A DNA stretch of 64,000 nucleotides, from the NCBI GenBank assembly GCA_951406725.2, contig OX597834.1:16864001-16928000 (forward strand). Direction: 5' to 3'. A model generated the notes under the pieces. The model saw only the letters and a list, made by a program, of their open reading frames with translations. It ran no database searches and was not told the DNA's origin. The translations under genes were made by a program, and so were the position numbers. This document shows positions 36,151 to 50,000 of this stretch, one piece after another (positions within the stretch are counted from its first letter, which is position 1; each line of letters starts with the position of its first letter). Source of the DNA: Octopus vulgaris (Eukaryota).

Positions 36151-37935
36151 CTAAAACAAAGAATAATTTCATTAGAGAGTCTCAAAAGTGGTTGGGCATC
36201 AAAGACATTAGCTATGGTATCTTTATTTTTTACTCATTCCAGTCACAGGACTAAGGCCATGCTGGGGCACCACCTTGTAGGATTTCTCTCTCTCTCTCTC
36301 TCTGTCTCTCTGTATATATATATTAAAATATATACATACATACAGATATACATATCTACATCATCATCATCGTTTAACGTCCGTTTTCCATGCTAGCATG
36401 AGTTGGACAATTTGACTGAGGACTGGCAAACCAGATGGCTGCACCAGGCTCCAATCTTGATCTGGCAGACTTTCTACAGCTGGATGCCCTTCCTAACGCC
36501 AACCACTCCTAGAGTGTAGTGGGTGCTTTTACATGCCACCGGCATGAGGGCCAGTCAGGCAGTACTGGCAACAGCCACACTCAAATGGTGTTTTTTACAT
36601 ACCAACCAGCACAGGAGCCAGTCGATTTAAGCAGGCCTAATCTGCAAGGATGAAACTGCAGCTAGCCATCAATCTCCAAGCTGAGCTGATTATCTCAGAC
36701 ATTTCCATGAACAGAAACCATGAAACTTTAGATTGATGCCCTTTGGTAAGCTATCATGGTAGGCTAAATTACAATACTGACCTCCATCATCACCAGTTGT
36801 GTCCATCCTTAATAACACTAACCAAGTCTACCCAAAAGCTGACCTTCAGCATATAAGTCACAGGGTGATTTTTTGAGGGAATTTCAAGGAAAAAAAGTGC
36901 ACTTTATATGCCAGAAGTTATGGTATCTATATATAAGAGGATGCTGAAAAGTTCCTGGTTTTGGGTGAAAGGAAAGACAGGAGGATCAGTTGATTATGAT
37001 TTTATTCAACATATTCCCCTTTCAGATTCACACACTTATTGCAGCAGTCCTTCAGTTTTTCTTAGCCCTGTAAAAGAACTCAGAACTTCGGGCCTGTAAC
37101 CGGGCCTTTCATGGTACCCCTTAAAGCCAGAAAATTTTCAGCACCCCCTAGTATATACATATATATAAAAGAGAGAGAGAGTGTGTGGCTTCTTTCAGTT
37201 TCTGTCAACCAAATTCACTCACAAGGACTTGGTCAGTCTGGGGTTTTGCACAGTGGGACTGAACCCAAAACCATGTGGTTGGGAAGCAAGCTTCTTACCA
37301 CACAACCATGGACATGTGATGTAAACAGATACACAATGGGCAAGAAAAAGAAAAAAACAAAGAGAGGGGCACAAGTTGTTGTTAGGGTTAGCCCCTTGAT
37401 ATAACAGATCTTCTATGGTCAAAGACATTCCAGCTGAGACCATCCTGTCTTTTTAGGAGTATCTAGTACTATTATGCGTTTGCCACAAGGTCCAGTCCTT
37501 GTTGCAGTATAGTGGTTTATGTGCTTCAATGACCCTGAGAGCCGTGGCACAAGCTCTTAGGGTCAAAGATTAAAGGCCAATCTGATATGGACTGCTTCTC
37601 CCCGGGGGTAAAAATAGGTTTGCATAGGGCCTATACCGGCAAATGAAAACTAACAAGTCTTGGGAGAGGAAGGATTTCCCATCACCCCATGATGCAGCAA
37701 CATCTGAAAGGCTTCAGAGTCAACTCCCCTTTTGAAGCAGGGATCCAACAGGAGAAGTAGAACAGACAGGTGAGGGTCAAGAACAGTGAAGAAAAGTCAT
37801 CAATGACCTATGATCCATAGGGAGTGGGGGATTGGAGTAAGTGAATAAGACAATATGTATCTAATTTTTCGGTCCTGATTTTAAGGGGTACTAACACTTC
37901 TAGAAGGAGGAATAAATATTTGTGTTTCCACCTAC

Positions 37936-38040
37936 CTCAGCAAGAGATTCCTTCTCACATGCAAAGTCTTCCTCGAGGATGTCATCATAAAGGTCAAGGT
38001 CACCAGTAGTTTGTCGATCAATGAAGTCTGATACACTCAT
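37936..38040 (-). CDS. CASP8AP2: FLASH coding exon 1 (LDLY motif)
   Basis: MSVSDFIDRQTTGDLDLYDDILEEDFACEKESLAE, donor GAG|GTAGGT, phase 0; upstream acceptor TTGCAG| at 38061; too short for the ORF track. Confidence 0.88.
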
Positions 38041-38227
38041 CTTTGCATGTCAGCTATGGACTGCAATGACAAATTGAAGCAACATCGTTAACAAAAGGAT
38101 AAAAACCCATCAAACAGAAGCAACCTTAGCTTCATATAACACACACATACACATAGTATACTGCTACACAGCTGTTTATACATACATGTACGCACTTCAC
38201 AGCAATAATGCTTTCAAATTTTGTCAC

Positions 38228-38760
38228 ACTCTTTACTCTTACTTGTTTCAGTCATTTTGACTGCGGCCATGCTGGAGCACCGCCGCCTTTAGTCGAGCAA
38301 ATCGACCCCGGGACTTATTCTTTGTAAGCCCAGTACTTATTCTATCGGTCTCTTTTGCCGAACCGCTAAGTGACGGGGACGTAAACACACCAGCATCGGT
38401 TGTCAAGCAATGCTAGGGGGACAAACACAGCAGACACACAAACACACACATACATATATATATAACGGGAAGCTTTATGAAAATAGACAAAAGACGAAGG
38501 CAGGTTTACGGAAATAAACAAAAGACGAAGGTAGGTGGAATACAAACAAACAATTGTATTAGTATGGCGCTCAGGAAATATAAATAAAACAAGTCTTTAA
38601 CGTTTCGAGCCTACGCTCTTCAACAGAAAGATACACAGAGAAAAAACACAGAAAGAAGGTGAGAAAAAAAATATGCGTGCAGAGGCTAGCGAATCAACAT
38701 GGCGATATATATATACATATATATATATATACATATATATATATACATATATATATATAT

Positions 38761-38841
<81 letters not shown>

Positions 38842-38932
38842 TACATATATACGACAGGCTTCTTTCAGTTTCCCTCTTCCAAATCCACTCACAAGGCATT
38901 GGTCGGCCCGGGGCTATAGCAGAAGACACTTG
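38228..38932 (-). mobile_element. SINE family A with a ~240-bp Penelope-type fragment in its central (TA)n
   Basis: SINE halves 38228-38463 and ~38850-38932; insert ~38465-38705; long (TA)n expansion. Confidence 0.75.
38594..38631 (-). ncRNA. Minimal hammerhead-like variant
   Basis: TCTTT-CTGTTGA-A-GAGC(GTAG)GCTC-GAAACGTT-AAAGA; core position A6 is U. Confidence 0.45.
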
Positions 38933-39519
38933 CACAGTATATTTTTCTTATTGAAGAGGGCATAAGAAGAATAGGAGGAGAACTTGGTAACTCACTCTTA
39001 TATGTATCAGCTCTCCTAACCATTTAGACCCTCTGGAGAAGCCTCTATCTACCCATCCCTACAGAACATTGAAGAGATGGAGGATATTGTGGCCTCGTGG
39101 CAGAAACGGCCGTAAGGAAGTGATCTTTTAATCTTTTACTCTTTTATGTATTACTAGTATATATTTGTGTAGCACACAGTCTTTGCATGTGTATGTATTC
39201 TTATAATACTTCCTTATGTTTTAGAATAAATAGACACAATAGAATGTCTACCAGCTAATGTACGTCAATTTTATATCCTCTCCATTTTCTTTTTTGCCTT
39301 ATAAATTATAATTAAATTTATATTTTTGCCTTATAAATTAAGGGTAAACCACTTTGTACACCCACCCGTATATGACGCCCGATTGTGAAATTGCCACGCA
39401 ATAACCAGCACTTGGGTATTAATAATTGGGTACACTACCAGCAGCATATTGGCTAGGTACTATCCCATAGTTGGTTGGCTTGCCAACCAATAAGTCCCAC
39501 GGAAATAAATAAATATATA

Positions 39520-42290
39520 TATATATATTTAGGCTCTGGGATTGAAATTCCCTGTGGACCAGTGGACCCTGTAAGTTTCATATTCAGCTTTGGACGCTGG
39601 TAGTGCAGCGCTTGGAAATTTTCAGCATTAAACTGCATACTATTATCCTTAGCCCATCTGTAAATTGAGTCCAACTCCTGCTGCAGATGTGCATCATCAC
39701 TGGGGTTCTGTATTTTCTGCGAGACTTTTGTATTGTCTGCATAGATTGTAAGGATGGCTATCTGGGCGTTTGAGGGCATATCTGAGAGAGCCACTATAAA
39801 CAGCAGTGGTTCCAAGACAGTGCCCTGTGGAACACCGCTCACTATTTATGTTTTCATAGAGGTGGCTCCATTAGCCACAACTGCCTGAGTCCTATCTTTC
39901 AACCGTATTTCGTCTGTCGTTACGTTCCAAGTTCAAATTCCGCCAGGGTCAACTTTGCCTTTCATCCTTTCGGGGTTGATTAATTAAGTACCAGTTACGC
40001 ACTGGGGTCGATGTAATCGACTTAATCCCTTTGTCTGTCCTTGTCTGTTCCCTCTGTGTTTAGCCCCTTGTGGGTAGTAAAGAAATATATCTTTCAGAAA
40101 GTCATGTAACCACTCTCCAAGTTTTCCAGCTATGCTGAGATCACGCGGTTTGTGGCGTATCATACCATGATCTACTTTGTCAAAAGCTTTTGCAAAATCA
40201 AGGTATATTACATCCACATTCGAGTTCTTGAGTAACTGCCTCAACACCCAGTCATAATGTTGTAAGAGCTGGGTGAGGCAGCTGCTGCCTGGTCGAAAGT
40301 CATGCTGGGTATCACTCGGCAAGTTATTTTCTTCAAGAATTGCGATTAGTTTCCCTCTGAATATCCGTTCCATGACTTTGCTGATGTGTGAAGTCAGAGA
40401 GATAGGCCTATAGTTTTTGGCATCTGCTCTACTTCCCCCTTTATGTATTGGGCATATTATTCCCTTCTTCAGCTTGCTTGGCAGTCTGCCATTTGCAAGA
40501 AAGCTCTGGAAGAGAATCTGGAGGGGTTTTACTAGGGCATGCTTCGCCTGGCCCCCGTGCCGGCGGCACGTAAAAAGCACAATCCTGTAGAAACTCTGCC
40601 AGATCAGACTGGGCCTGATGCAGCCTTCTGGCTTCACAGACCCCAGTTGAACCGTCCAACCCATGCTAGCATGGAAAGCGGACGCTAAATGATGATGATG
40701 ATGATGATGCTTACACAATTTGAGGAGGATTGCTGGGAAACCATTAGGACCAGCAGTTGAGTTTGCGTCCACCTCACCTATGGCTAGTAGTATATCTTTG
40801 CTAATGTCGATGTATTCCATTGTAACTGCGTTGCTGGTTATAGGTGAGGTGGCATAAAAGTCCACTGGTTCATTCACTTGTCCGTGTTCCAACGGGGTGG
40901 TAAAGACACTTTTGAACTGGTCATTCAGTTCCTCACTGATCATCGTTGGACTGTCTGTAAGGGAGCCATGCTTCTGGAAGAGGAGTCCTATTTTGCAGCG
41001 TACTGAGGCTGTTTCTTTCGCGTAATGAAAGAAGGCCCTTGGGTTTGACTTAATGTTTTTTATAACCCGGGTTTCTTTGTCTGCTTTCTCCCTCACATAG
41101 GATTGTTGCAGCCTTTTTTTCAATCTCTATCAGTGTTGTTTTTAAGTGGGCCCTTTTGTCACTTTTGGGATGTTGGTTGAGCCAATTTGCAACCTTCATC
41201 CATCATCTCATGAGGATCTTCCTCTCCCTTGGAATCTTGTTCCTATTTGTTTTGGCCTTGTGCTCTGGGACATATTTCTGGCATATGGCTTGCACAATAG
41301 ACATAAAACATTCTCGTTTCATGTCAATGTCTGGTGTGGAGAGACATTTCAGCCAGTCCTCTCTGAGGATCGCTTTTTGGATCGATTTCTAATCTGCTTT
41401 GTGGAAGTTCAGATTGGACAGATTTCGGGTGCTTCCTTTAGGCTGTATGTCTCTGGGTACTTTCAGCCCAAACATAGACAGCTCTATTATTTTGTGATCC
41501 GAGAGTAATGTCGGTGTCACTTTCACATCATGAATGATGTCCATATTGTTCGTGAAGCAGAGATCCAAAATGTTATTCGCCCTAGTTGGTCTGAGTACAG
41601 CTTGCTCCATGAATAGGGCATTGGTGAGGTTGAGCAGGGACTCCACCTGTGCTTGCTTGCAATGAGTCATTCCTGAGAGTACGAGACCTTCGGACCATTT
41701 GACGTTGGATAAACTGAAGTCACCCATAAGAAATATGGTCACGTGGTGTTCCAGTTTTATGAGAATTTCTTTAATTCTTGTGAGGCAATCTTCAAACTTG
41801 CCTATGTGGTTTGGTGCATCCAGTGGGCAATATGTATGGCATATAACTAGATTATGTTGTCTTGTGTATACAATTAGAGTGTCACATACCGAATTTGAGT
41901 ATGACAGTAAGAGCTGGGGTGTGAGGTCGCCACGGATGTATACAGCAACTCCACCATGGTTCCTTTCCCTTCTGTCTGTTTGCAGTATGGCATAGTTTGG
42001 TATGTGTACTTCTGCATCCTCTATATCAGGGCTGAGGTGAGTTTCCACGAGTGCTATGCATAGGGCTTGATTGCATACAGCAAGATCTCTCATGAAAAAA
42101 TTTTGCTTTTATCATGATGCAACAGGCCCCCAATATTTAGTAAAAGTATTGGTGTGACGACTGTGCAGGCATTAGGGGAGGCCATCCCATGTCTGTTGAC
42201 TGTGGTGGTCTTGCACAGTGGTGGGCAAGATTCTTTATTTGTGCTTGGTATAGCCAGGACAGCTGCTGCACAATTTTTTGCACCATGTAT
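39520..42290 (-). mobile_element. CR1-group LINE, APE endonuclease plus reverse transcriptase, defective, with two SINE insertions
   Basis: VETHL, GGVAVYI, MGDF, PTRANNILDLCFTN, SDH; NYRPISLTS, VIYLDFAKAFDKVDH, SGVPQGTVL, IYADNTK; SINE B at 39902-40087 (TSD TATCTTTCA); SINE E at 40545-40706 (TSD ATGCTT). Confidence 0.92.
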
Positions 42291-42443
42291 ATACATATAT
42301 AGATATTATATACATATATTATATACCTATATATATTATATACATGTATATACATATATATATTATATACATGTATATACGTATATATATTATATACATA
42401 TATATATATATATACACATACATACACACACACACATATATAT

Positions 42444-42528
<85 letters not shown>

Positions 42529-42852
42529 TACACACTCTTACTTGTGTTGAGGTCCTGAAGGCAAGTTGATAAAATGGGAAAATACTTCTATAACTTATGT
42601 TTACATTAACAATCCAGTAGTTTTTTTATACACTCTCTCCTTGCAAAATTTTTTTTTAATATACACCACAAAGTCGGACAGTTAGACTGAGGTATGGAAA
42701 ACCAGTGGCTGTACCTGGCTGCAATCTGATCTGGCAATATTCCTACAGCTGGATGCCCTTCGTAACACTAAAAACTCCAAGAGTATAGTGGGTGCTTTTG
42801 GCATCGATCACATTTGGATAGTGCTTTTTACATGCCACCAGCACAGGAGCCA

Positions 42853-42905
<53 letters not shown>

Positions 42906-43164
42906 GGGATAATTACACACACGCACATCGGCAACATTCGTCAATTTCTTGAAAATGGGGTCATAACCCCAAAATATTGAATACAAGTTAAGTCTACATT
43001 AATTCACATTTTTTCTTGTGATTTACTTTGCATTTACTTCACACTGTTTTAGCCTTACCCACGATCTTTTATGCAATATATATACACACTATATATATAT
43101 ATATATATATGTACACTTTGGTCTCATATATACATATATATATATATATGTACACTTTGGTCTC

Positions 43165-43209
<45 letters not shown>

Positions 43210-43211
<2 letters not shown>

Positions 43212-43596
43212 GGCGCAGGAGTGGCTGTGTGGTAAGTAGCTTGTTTACCAACCACATGGTTGTGTGTTCAGTCCCACTGCGTGGCACCCAAGGGCTGATG
43301 TCTTCTACTATAGCCTCGGGCCGACCAAAGCCTTGTGAGTGGATTTGGTAGACAGAAACTGAAAGAAGCTCGTCATATATATGTGTGTTTGTGTGTCTGT
43401 GCTTGTCCCCCTAGCATTGCTTGACAACCGATGCTGGTGTGTTTATGTCCCCGTTACTTAGCAGTTCGGCAGAAGAGACCGATAGAATAAGTACTGGGCT
43501 TACAAAGAATAAGTCCCGGGGTCGAGTTGCTCGATTAAAGGCGGTGCTCCAGCATGGCCGCAGTCAAATGACTGAAACAAGTAAAAGAGTAAGAGT
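43210..43596 (+). mobile_element. SINE family A
   Basis: Full length from AGGCGCAGGAGTGGCTGTGTGG to the AAAAGAGT tail. Confidence 0.85.
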
Positions 43597-44286
43597 ATAT
43601 ACATACATACATACATACCCACTTTCTCTATCTCCTTCCATTCTGGTCACTTCAGAAATGCAACCACATGTGGCCCATTGGTGATTTTCTTTAGTTTTTG
43701 TTTGGACTTCTCCCTTCTTCCCGACAAGCCATGCTCGAAACATTAAAAACTCTCTCCTTTCTTCCAAATGTCAAACTAATGTCTTGTGCATGTACTCATG
43801 TTTATTTTGTATTCATTTCATTTTTATTTTGATTGTTCGTTCATTGAATTGACAAGATATATATGTACTCACACACACACATAAATATATATACTTGTAT
43901 ATATATATATATATAAGTACATATATATATATATATTTATACATATGTAACCATATTGTTCTTCAAAAGAGACCAATAGAATAAGTATTAGGCTTACAAA
44001 GAATAAGTCCTGGGTCGGTTTCTTCAACTAAAAGGCAGTGCTCCAGCATGGCCACAACCAAAATGACTGAAACAAGTAAAAGAATATATATATACATATA
44101 TATAAGTATATATATACAAATATGTGTATACATATATATAAATATATATATGAGTGTATTTGCTTATGTGTTTGCACACATGGCTGTGTAGCTGTGTCTG
44201 GATGTCACATGATAGTTGTTTAATGAGCATCATCATCATCATCATACAAACGAGATTGTTTTCAGCCTTCTGTGAAAATATGTCTG

Positions 44287-44707
44287 ATCATCATCATCAT
44301 TTAGCGTCCGCTTTCCATGCTAGCATGGGTTGGACGGTTCAACTGGGGTCTGTGAAGCCAGAAGGCTGCATCAGGCCCAGTCTGATCTGGCAGTGTTTCT
44401 ACAGCTAGATGCCCTTCCTAACGCCAACCACTCCGTGAGTGTAGTGGGTGCTTTTTACGTGCCACCCGCACAGGTGCCAGATGGAGCTGGCAAACGGCCA
44501 CAAACGGATGGTGCTTTTTACGTGCCACCGGCACGGCTGGCAACGGCCACGATCGGATGGTGCTTTTTACGTGCCACCAGCATGGGGGCTGGGCGAGGCT
44601 GGCAACGGCCACGAATGGATGGTGTTTTTACGTGCCACCAGCACGGGGCCCAGGCAAGGCTGGCAACGGCCACGAACGGATGGTGCTACGTGCCACCAGC
44701 ACAGGGG
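44287..44707 (-). mobile_element. SINE family E with five internal repeat units
   Basis: GGTG(C/T)TTTTTACGTGCCACC-type unit at ~44447, 44510, 44559, 44621, 44682. Confidence 0.85.
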
Positions 44708-44723
44708 TTAGAGGAAATATTAA

Positions 44724-44902
44724 CCCTTTCATTACCAACCCGGCCAAAACCGCCTTTAAAATCTTCCACCAAACCTTAGTCACATTTCATGTTTCTAACA
44801 CTAGCTTAATGGTAACTAAGTTATTTTACTAAATTCTTTGTTATATTTAAAATAATTGAAAGAAACACAGAGCATCTCAAAATAAATACGGTAATGAAAG
44901 GG
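44724..44902. mobile_element. TTAA-flanked piggyBac-like MITE
   Basis: TTAA-CCCTTTCATTACC ... GGTAATGAAAGGG-TTAA. Confidence 0.8.
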
Positions 44903-46338
44903 TTAAACAGCTTGCCAACAGGTAAGGCATCCAGCTGCAGAAAAATCTGCCTCAGCAATTTCTGTTTCACCCATGCAAGCATGAAGAAGTGGACATCCAA
45001 TGGTGATATAAATCAGATGCAGCTGTGTGGTGTAAAATTTGCTCTCAGGTTTAAGCCCACTGTGGCACCTTGGGCAAGTGCCTTCTACTATACCCAAAGG
45101 CCAACTAAAGCCTTTGGAGTGGATTTCATAGACAAAACTGCAAGAAACCCATCATATATGTTTTTGTGTTACTACTGTCTTGTCTTGTCTTAAAGAAATA
45201 GTTGTAAAACAAATGTCACCATCTTGCAATTTGTAAACATGAAAACATGTCTGGTCATCAGTAAATATTATCTTACTTGGAAACAGGTGAGGGTTGACAA
45301 CAAGAAGGACATCTGGCTGAAGAGAAATTTGCTGCAACAAATTCCATCTGACCCCACACAAACGTGGAAAAGTGAACATTAAATGACGACGAATGGTTGA
45401 AATTAACAGAGACAAATTTGGAAAAGTGTTTCTGTACCATGTTGAGACATGAATTCTGTTGCGAACCGACAAAATAGCTGCTAAATTAGCAGTTGCAAAC
45501 ATAGGCGGCCCGCGAGTCAAATTTGGTGCACAAAAATGTACAAGCTACCACTGGCTCAATTTTACTAAATAAAAAATATTGTATTTTAATTTTAAAATAT
45601 TCTGCATAGTACTTTAGCAAGATTATTCTACTATCCGCCTCAGGCCGTTCAAAGCCTTGTGGGTGGAACTGATAGTAACTGAAAGAAGCCCGTCGTACAT
45701 ACATACATGTGTGTGTGTGTGTATGCTTGTCCCTCACCACCGCTTGACAACGGGTGTTGGTTTGTTTACATCCCTATAATTTAGCAGTTAGGCAAAAAAA
45801 ACACCCGACAGAATAAGTTCCAGGCTTTATAATGTACAGCTGGTATTTATATGCCTCGAACGAAATCGTTTTTATCTGACTTTAGTTTAAAACTTATGAA
45901 AACAAAGATCCTCCGTGAAATAATCTCACTAACCATTGATATTATCAAATATGTTTCTAACAGGCAGGATGAGAAAAGACTGGACGACATCGCAATTTTC
46001 TCATACAGAAACGTCTTCCACCCGGGGTGCGACATGCTGTGTTACCTACCGTTTCCATTGGCAACCTGGTGAACTCTGCCACAGAATCGGGCTTCGTCAC
46101 TAGGCAGGGGTGATGGATCACATCACAAGTTCTCTCAGACAGGTTTCTTTTTGAATCTAAAGCTTTGGAACCGCCCAGCGTCCTGCTCTACGCCCCTAAC
46201 CTTCTGAACCACCTCTCTAGACATTTTAATTGACATAAACACTGCCATTTTTAGGAACAACTAGCATGATGTGGAATGACTTTTTCAAGCTCTTCTACCT
46301 CGCCATTTTATCTGCTGAGATTGTAAGGCATTTTACAC

Positions 46339-46652
46339 TAGTGGTTCTCACCCGGATTCGATATAAATTTTTGCGGGGGTTCACGTAACAAAAATCATAA
46401 ATTGGGGATCCACAAATGTATTTTAATGGTTCCTGAAAAAAATGTTGCTTTAGATGTGTTGCAAGGAACAACTAGGTTCCTTTCTCCAACATTTTACCTA
46501 GTTCACCCTACACAATGTGTGAAAAACAAAATAGAAATTATAAAAGAAGTTTCTATAAAACAAGTTTTTCAATACCGAATGGCTATGGGGTACACCAGAA
46601 TAAAATAGTAATCAAAGACATCTCTAAATAAAAAGAAATGGTTGAAAACTGA
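46339..46652. mobile_element. hAT (Charlie-like) MITE, degraded
   Basis: TAGTGGTTCTCA ... GGTTGAAAACTG ends. Confidence 0.5.
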
Positions 46653-46685
46653 TTTATGCGACTCACTGCAATGCTTATTTCACAA

Positions 46686-47046
46686 TAGGCGCAGGAGTGG
46701 CCCTGTTGTAAGTAGCTTCCGGGTTCAGTCCCACTGCGTGGCACCTAGGGCAAGTGTCTTCTGCTATAGCCTCAGGCCGACCAATGCCTTGTGAGTGGAT
46801 TTGGTAGACGGAAACTGAAAGAAGCCTGTCGTATATATGTATGTGTGTGTCTGTGTTTGTCCCCCTAGCATTGCTTGACAACCGATGCTGGTGTGTTTAC
46901 GTCCCCGTCACTTAGCGGTTCGGCAAAAGAGACCGATAGAATAAGTACTAGGCTTACAAAGAATAAGTCCTGGGGTCGATTTGCTCGACTAAAGGCGGTG
47001 CTCCAGCATGGCCGCAGTCAAATGACTGAAACCAGTAAAAGAGTAA
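46686..47046 (+). mobile_element. SINE family A
   Basis: Near full-length match. Confidence 0.85.
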
Positions 47047-50000
47047 TAACAAAGCCATCTGTGTATATTTCATGTTTATATACACTGACTATAAGTCTTG
47101 CATTTATCTAGAGATAATAACATCTTTTATAGACCTGCTTAATTATAAACATAATAAATATCAGAGAGACGGAATTAGAAACTGGCCTAGCATAGTGTAA
47201 ACATTAAGTATGTATGCTACAGATCATAATAAACAGGCTGGGAAGATTATTTCACTGAGCCTATCTCAGTAAGTTTTACACTAAAACCAAATAAAAACGA
47301 TTGTTAAAGGATCACAAAAACGAACCATTCTGCCCCTAGTCCTTTTTTTGTCTCTCCACTAATATTATTATATTGTGTGTGGTATATATTTTTGTAAATA
47401 TTCTAAGATATCTAGGTACGAGTAGCGTAGTAGATATCTATAATCCCACACAGCTAAACTAAAAAATAGAGTGTAGTTTTAGATTTAGCGCGCTCTTTCA
47501 CAGCGAATGCTTTCTATCATGCAATAAGAGACGACTGCTAATCTTATAGTTAGGTCCCCTTTGTGTTATGAAGACCGCAGAAATGACCAAAAGTTACAGT
47601 AAAATATTTTTAAAGAACGTAATCAATTGCTTCTGATAGCGTCCTTGATGAATTGTCGTTTAGCTCCAACTTAACCCTGGTCGAGTAGACCTATGATCAA
47701 CGATATTCCAGCCATAGTTTATCACGTCTATTTTGTACATCCACGTATACGTTGTCTAAAAAAAAGTGTGGTTTTCAGGGAAATTATTAATTAATTACAT
47801 GGTGACTGTCTCATTAGCTCGTGTCCTTGAATGGAGTCAGCATGTTGCGAAGTCGCAAGTCTTTCCAAAAGATATCGGTGACGTAAATGGAAAGAAATGA
47901 TTTCAACCAGACACAACCGGACACCTTACTTCATTCAGTATAGCTTTTAATGGTTCAACTTCAGTTCCGCATAACATTATGTACCAATGATTATTGTTTA
48001 CATAAGGGTTTTACTTTGAACTCGGCCTGTTTTTTTATTTTGATTCAACGATAATAATTTTGTTGGTTGGGTTCGATGCATTGGTTTACTTACTAATAAA
48101 CTGGATGAGTAACGCATAAATGCGAAACGGTTTCAATTGGGAATCGAAATCGGTTTGTCGACTGGATTCCGCGAGATTTCAAATGCCACATCGCAAGGAC
48201 CCGCAAAATACCAGTAAATCAATCAAACGAAATAAAATACAAAATAGGGTAAAAATACGAGAATTTTTAGCTGGGGTGGGGGCTTTATAGTACATACCTG
48301 AGAATTTGCGCAGTGTTTCGAGATCTATTTGGTATTCATGTATACAGTAGTCATGAGAGATTGGCAGAAGATTGATGTGGTGGTGGTGATTATAACGTAG
48401 ATACAGTCATCGGTATTAATTATGAGACATTAAAATTATAAAGATACAAATGCAAGTAAAAATGGAGTAAAATCATTCGATGGTGATGACTTGAGTTGAC
48501 AAAAATGATATTTAAAAATCAGATGATGGTAATATTCCCAGTAAACAACAGAGAATATACATCTATATGCTTTGATTTCCGCAAATCCATAATTGTTTGC
48601 GTTTGTTTCTTCCGTTGATCCATCCCCCAACCTCAATACGCGCCTTATTTATTTATTTTTTAAAGTCCAATACATTAGCCTCGTTTTAGAAATATTACAA
48701 TATCGCTTAGTTTCTCCATACCGTATGTGTGTGTGTATTTCTTTATATGTGTATGTGTATCTGTGTCTGTGTGTATTTCTTTATATGTGTATGTGTATCT
48801 GTGTGTATGTGTCTGTATTTCTATATGTGTGTTAGTGTATATCTGAGTGTGTGGTTGTAGTTGTGTGTACGTGTTTGTGTTTATATCTATGTGTGTATTT
48901 ATATGTAGTTGTGTCTATGTATCTGTGTATATGTGTATGTGTATCTGTGTGTGTGTGTCTGTATTTCTATATATGTGTTAGTGTATATCTATCTGAGTGC
49001 GTGTGTGTGTGTGGTTGTAGTTGTGTGTACGTGTTTGTGTTTATATCTATGCGTGTATTTGTATGTAGTTGTGTCTATGTACCTCTGTGTACGTGTGGGC
49101 GCATCTGTATGTGTATGTTGTCTCATGTCGAATGAAATGGGTCTTAATATTTCCATTTTTCATTAAAATTTCTCCTCCCTAATAATAAACGGTAAAATAT
49201 TCTCTCTAAATCGTACAGCCATTCACATAAGATATTTTAAAGACCGCACAGCTCGTACAGAAATACTGACAGGAATCGCTTAGTTAGGGTTGCCATGTCG
49301 AAGACAATGAACCCCAATCAAGAACCGAAGTACTTTTTTTAAAACATTAATTTCTGCTCTGCTAAATATAAAAAAAACAAGTTTGCAACAACAATCTTTA
49401 TCACGTTTGAATAAAATAATGCAAAAACAGCAAATTTATTCTGGGAGTTTGAAACAATTTAACGTAGTCACACGAGCCTGCGGCCCGGTTTCGATTCGAC
49501 TTCACGTCTTTTGTTAATCACTATGGCTTAGAGATAAAATGCTGGGGGCTACTGTTCGGTTAGTGTATGAGTGTCATATATGTAACAGAACGAGTTGAAA
49601 TATTTCGATCATTTGAGATGGTCCTAGCAATTGGTAAGTACAAATTTTAGTTGTGTTAAAAGCTAAAAATAAAAAAAGGTATTAGTTGATCGAACAACTT
49701 ATAATCTTTTCTGTTTCTCTATTGTCCACTATTGTTTAAACTCTCTCTAAACAATTTTTGGTTGCATTGTAGCGTGCGGTCAACCTAACCATTTACACTT
49801 TAACATGCAGTCTAAATCTAACTCTGAGCCCTAACTTGACCTTAGTACTTAACACTAACCCTAATCCTAAACCCGAATCCTGACACTCATCCAGATCAGG
49901 TCATTCCACAACGTATGCTACGGATATTGCCACCGAGTGCATCCAATTTCCTCTGGTTTTCAAAGAGCTTTGATTGACTTCTCAGTTTATTCCCGAACTA

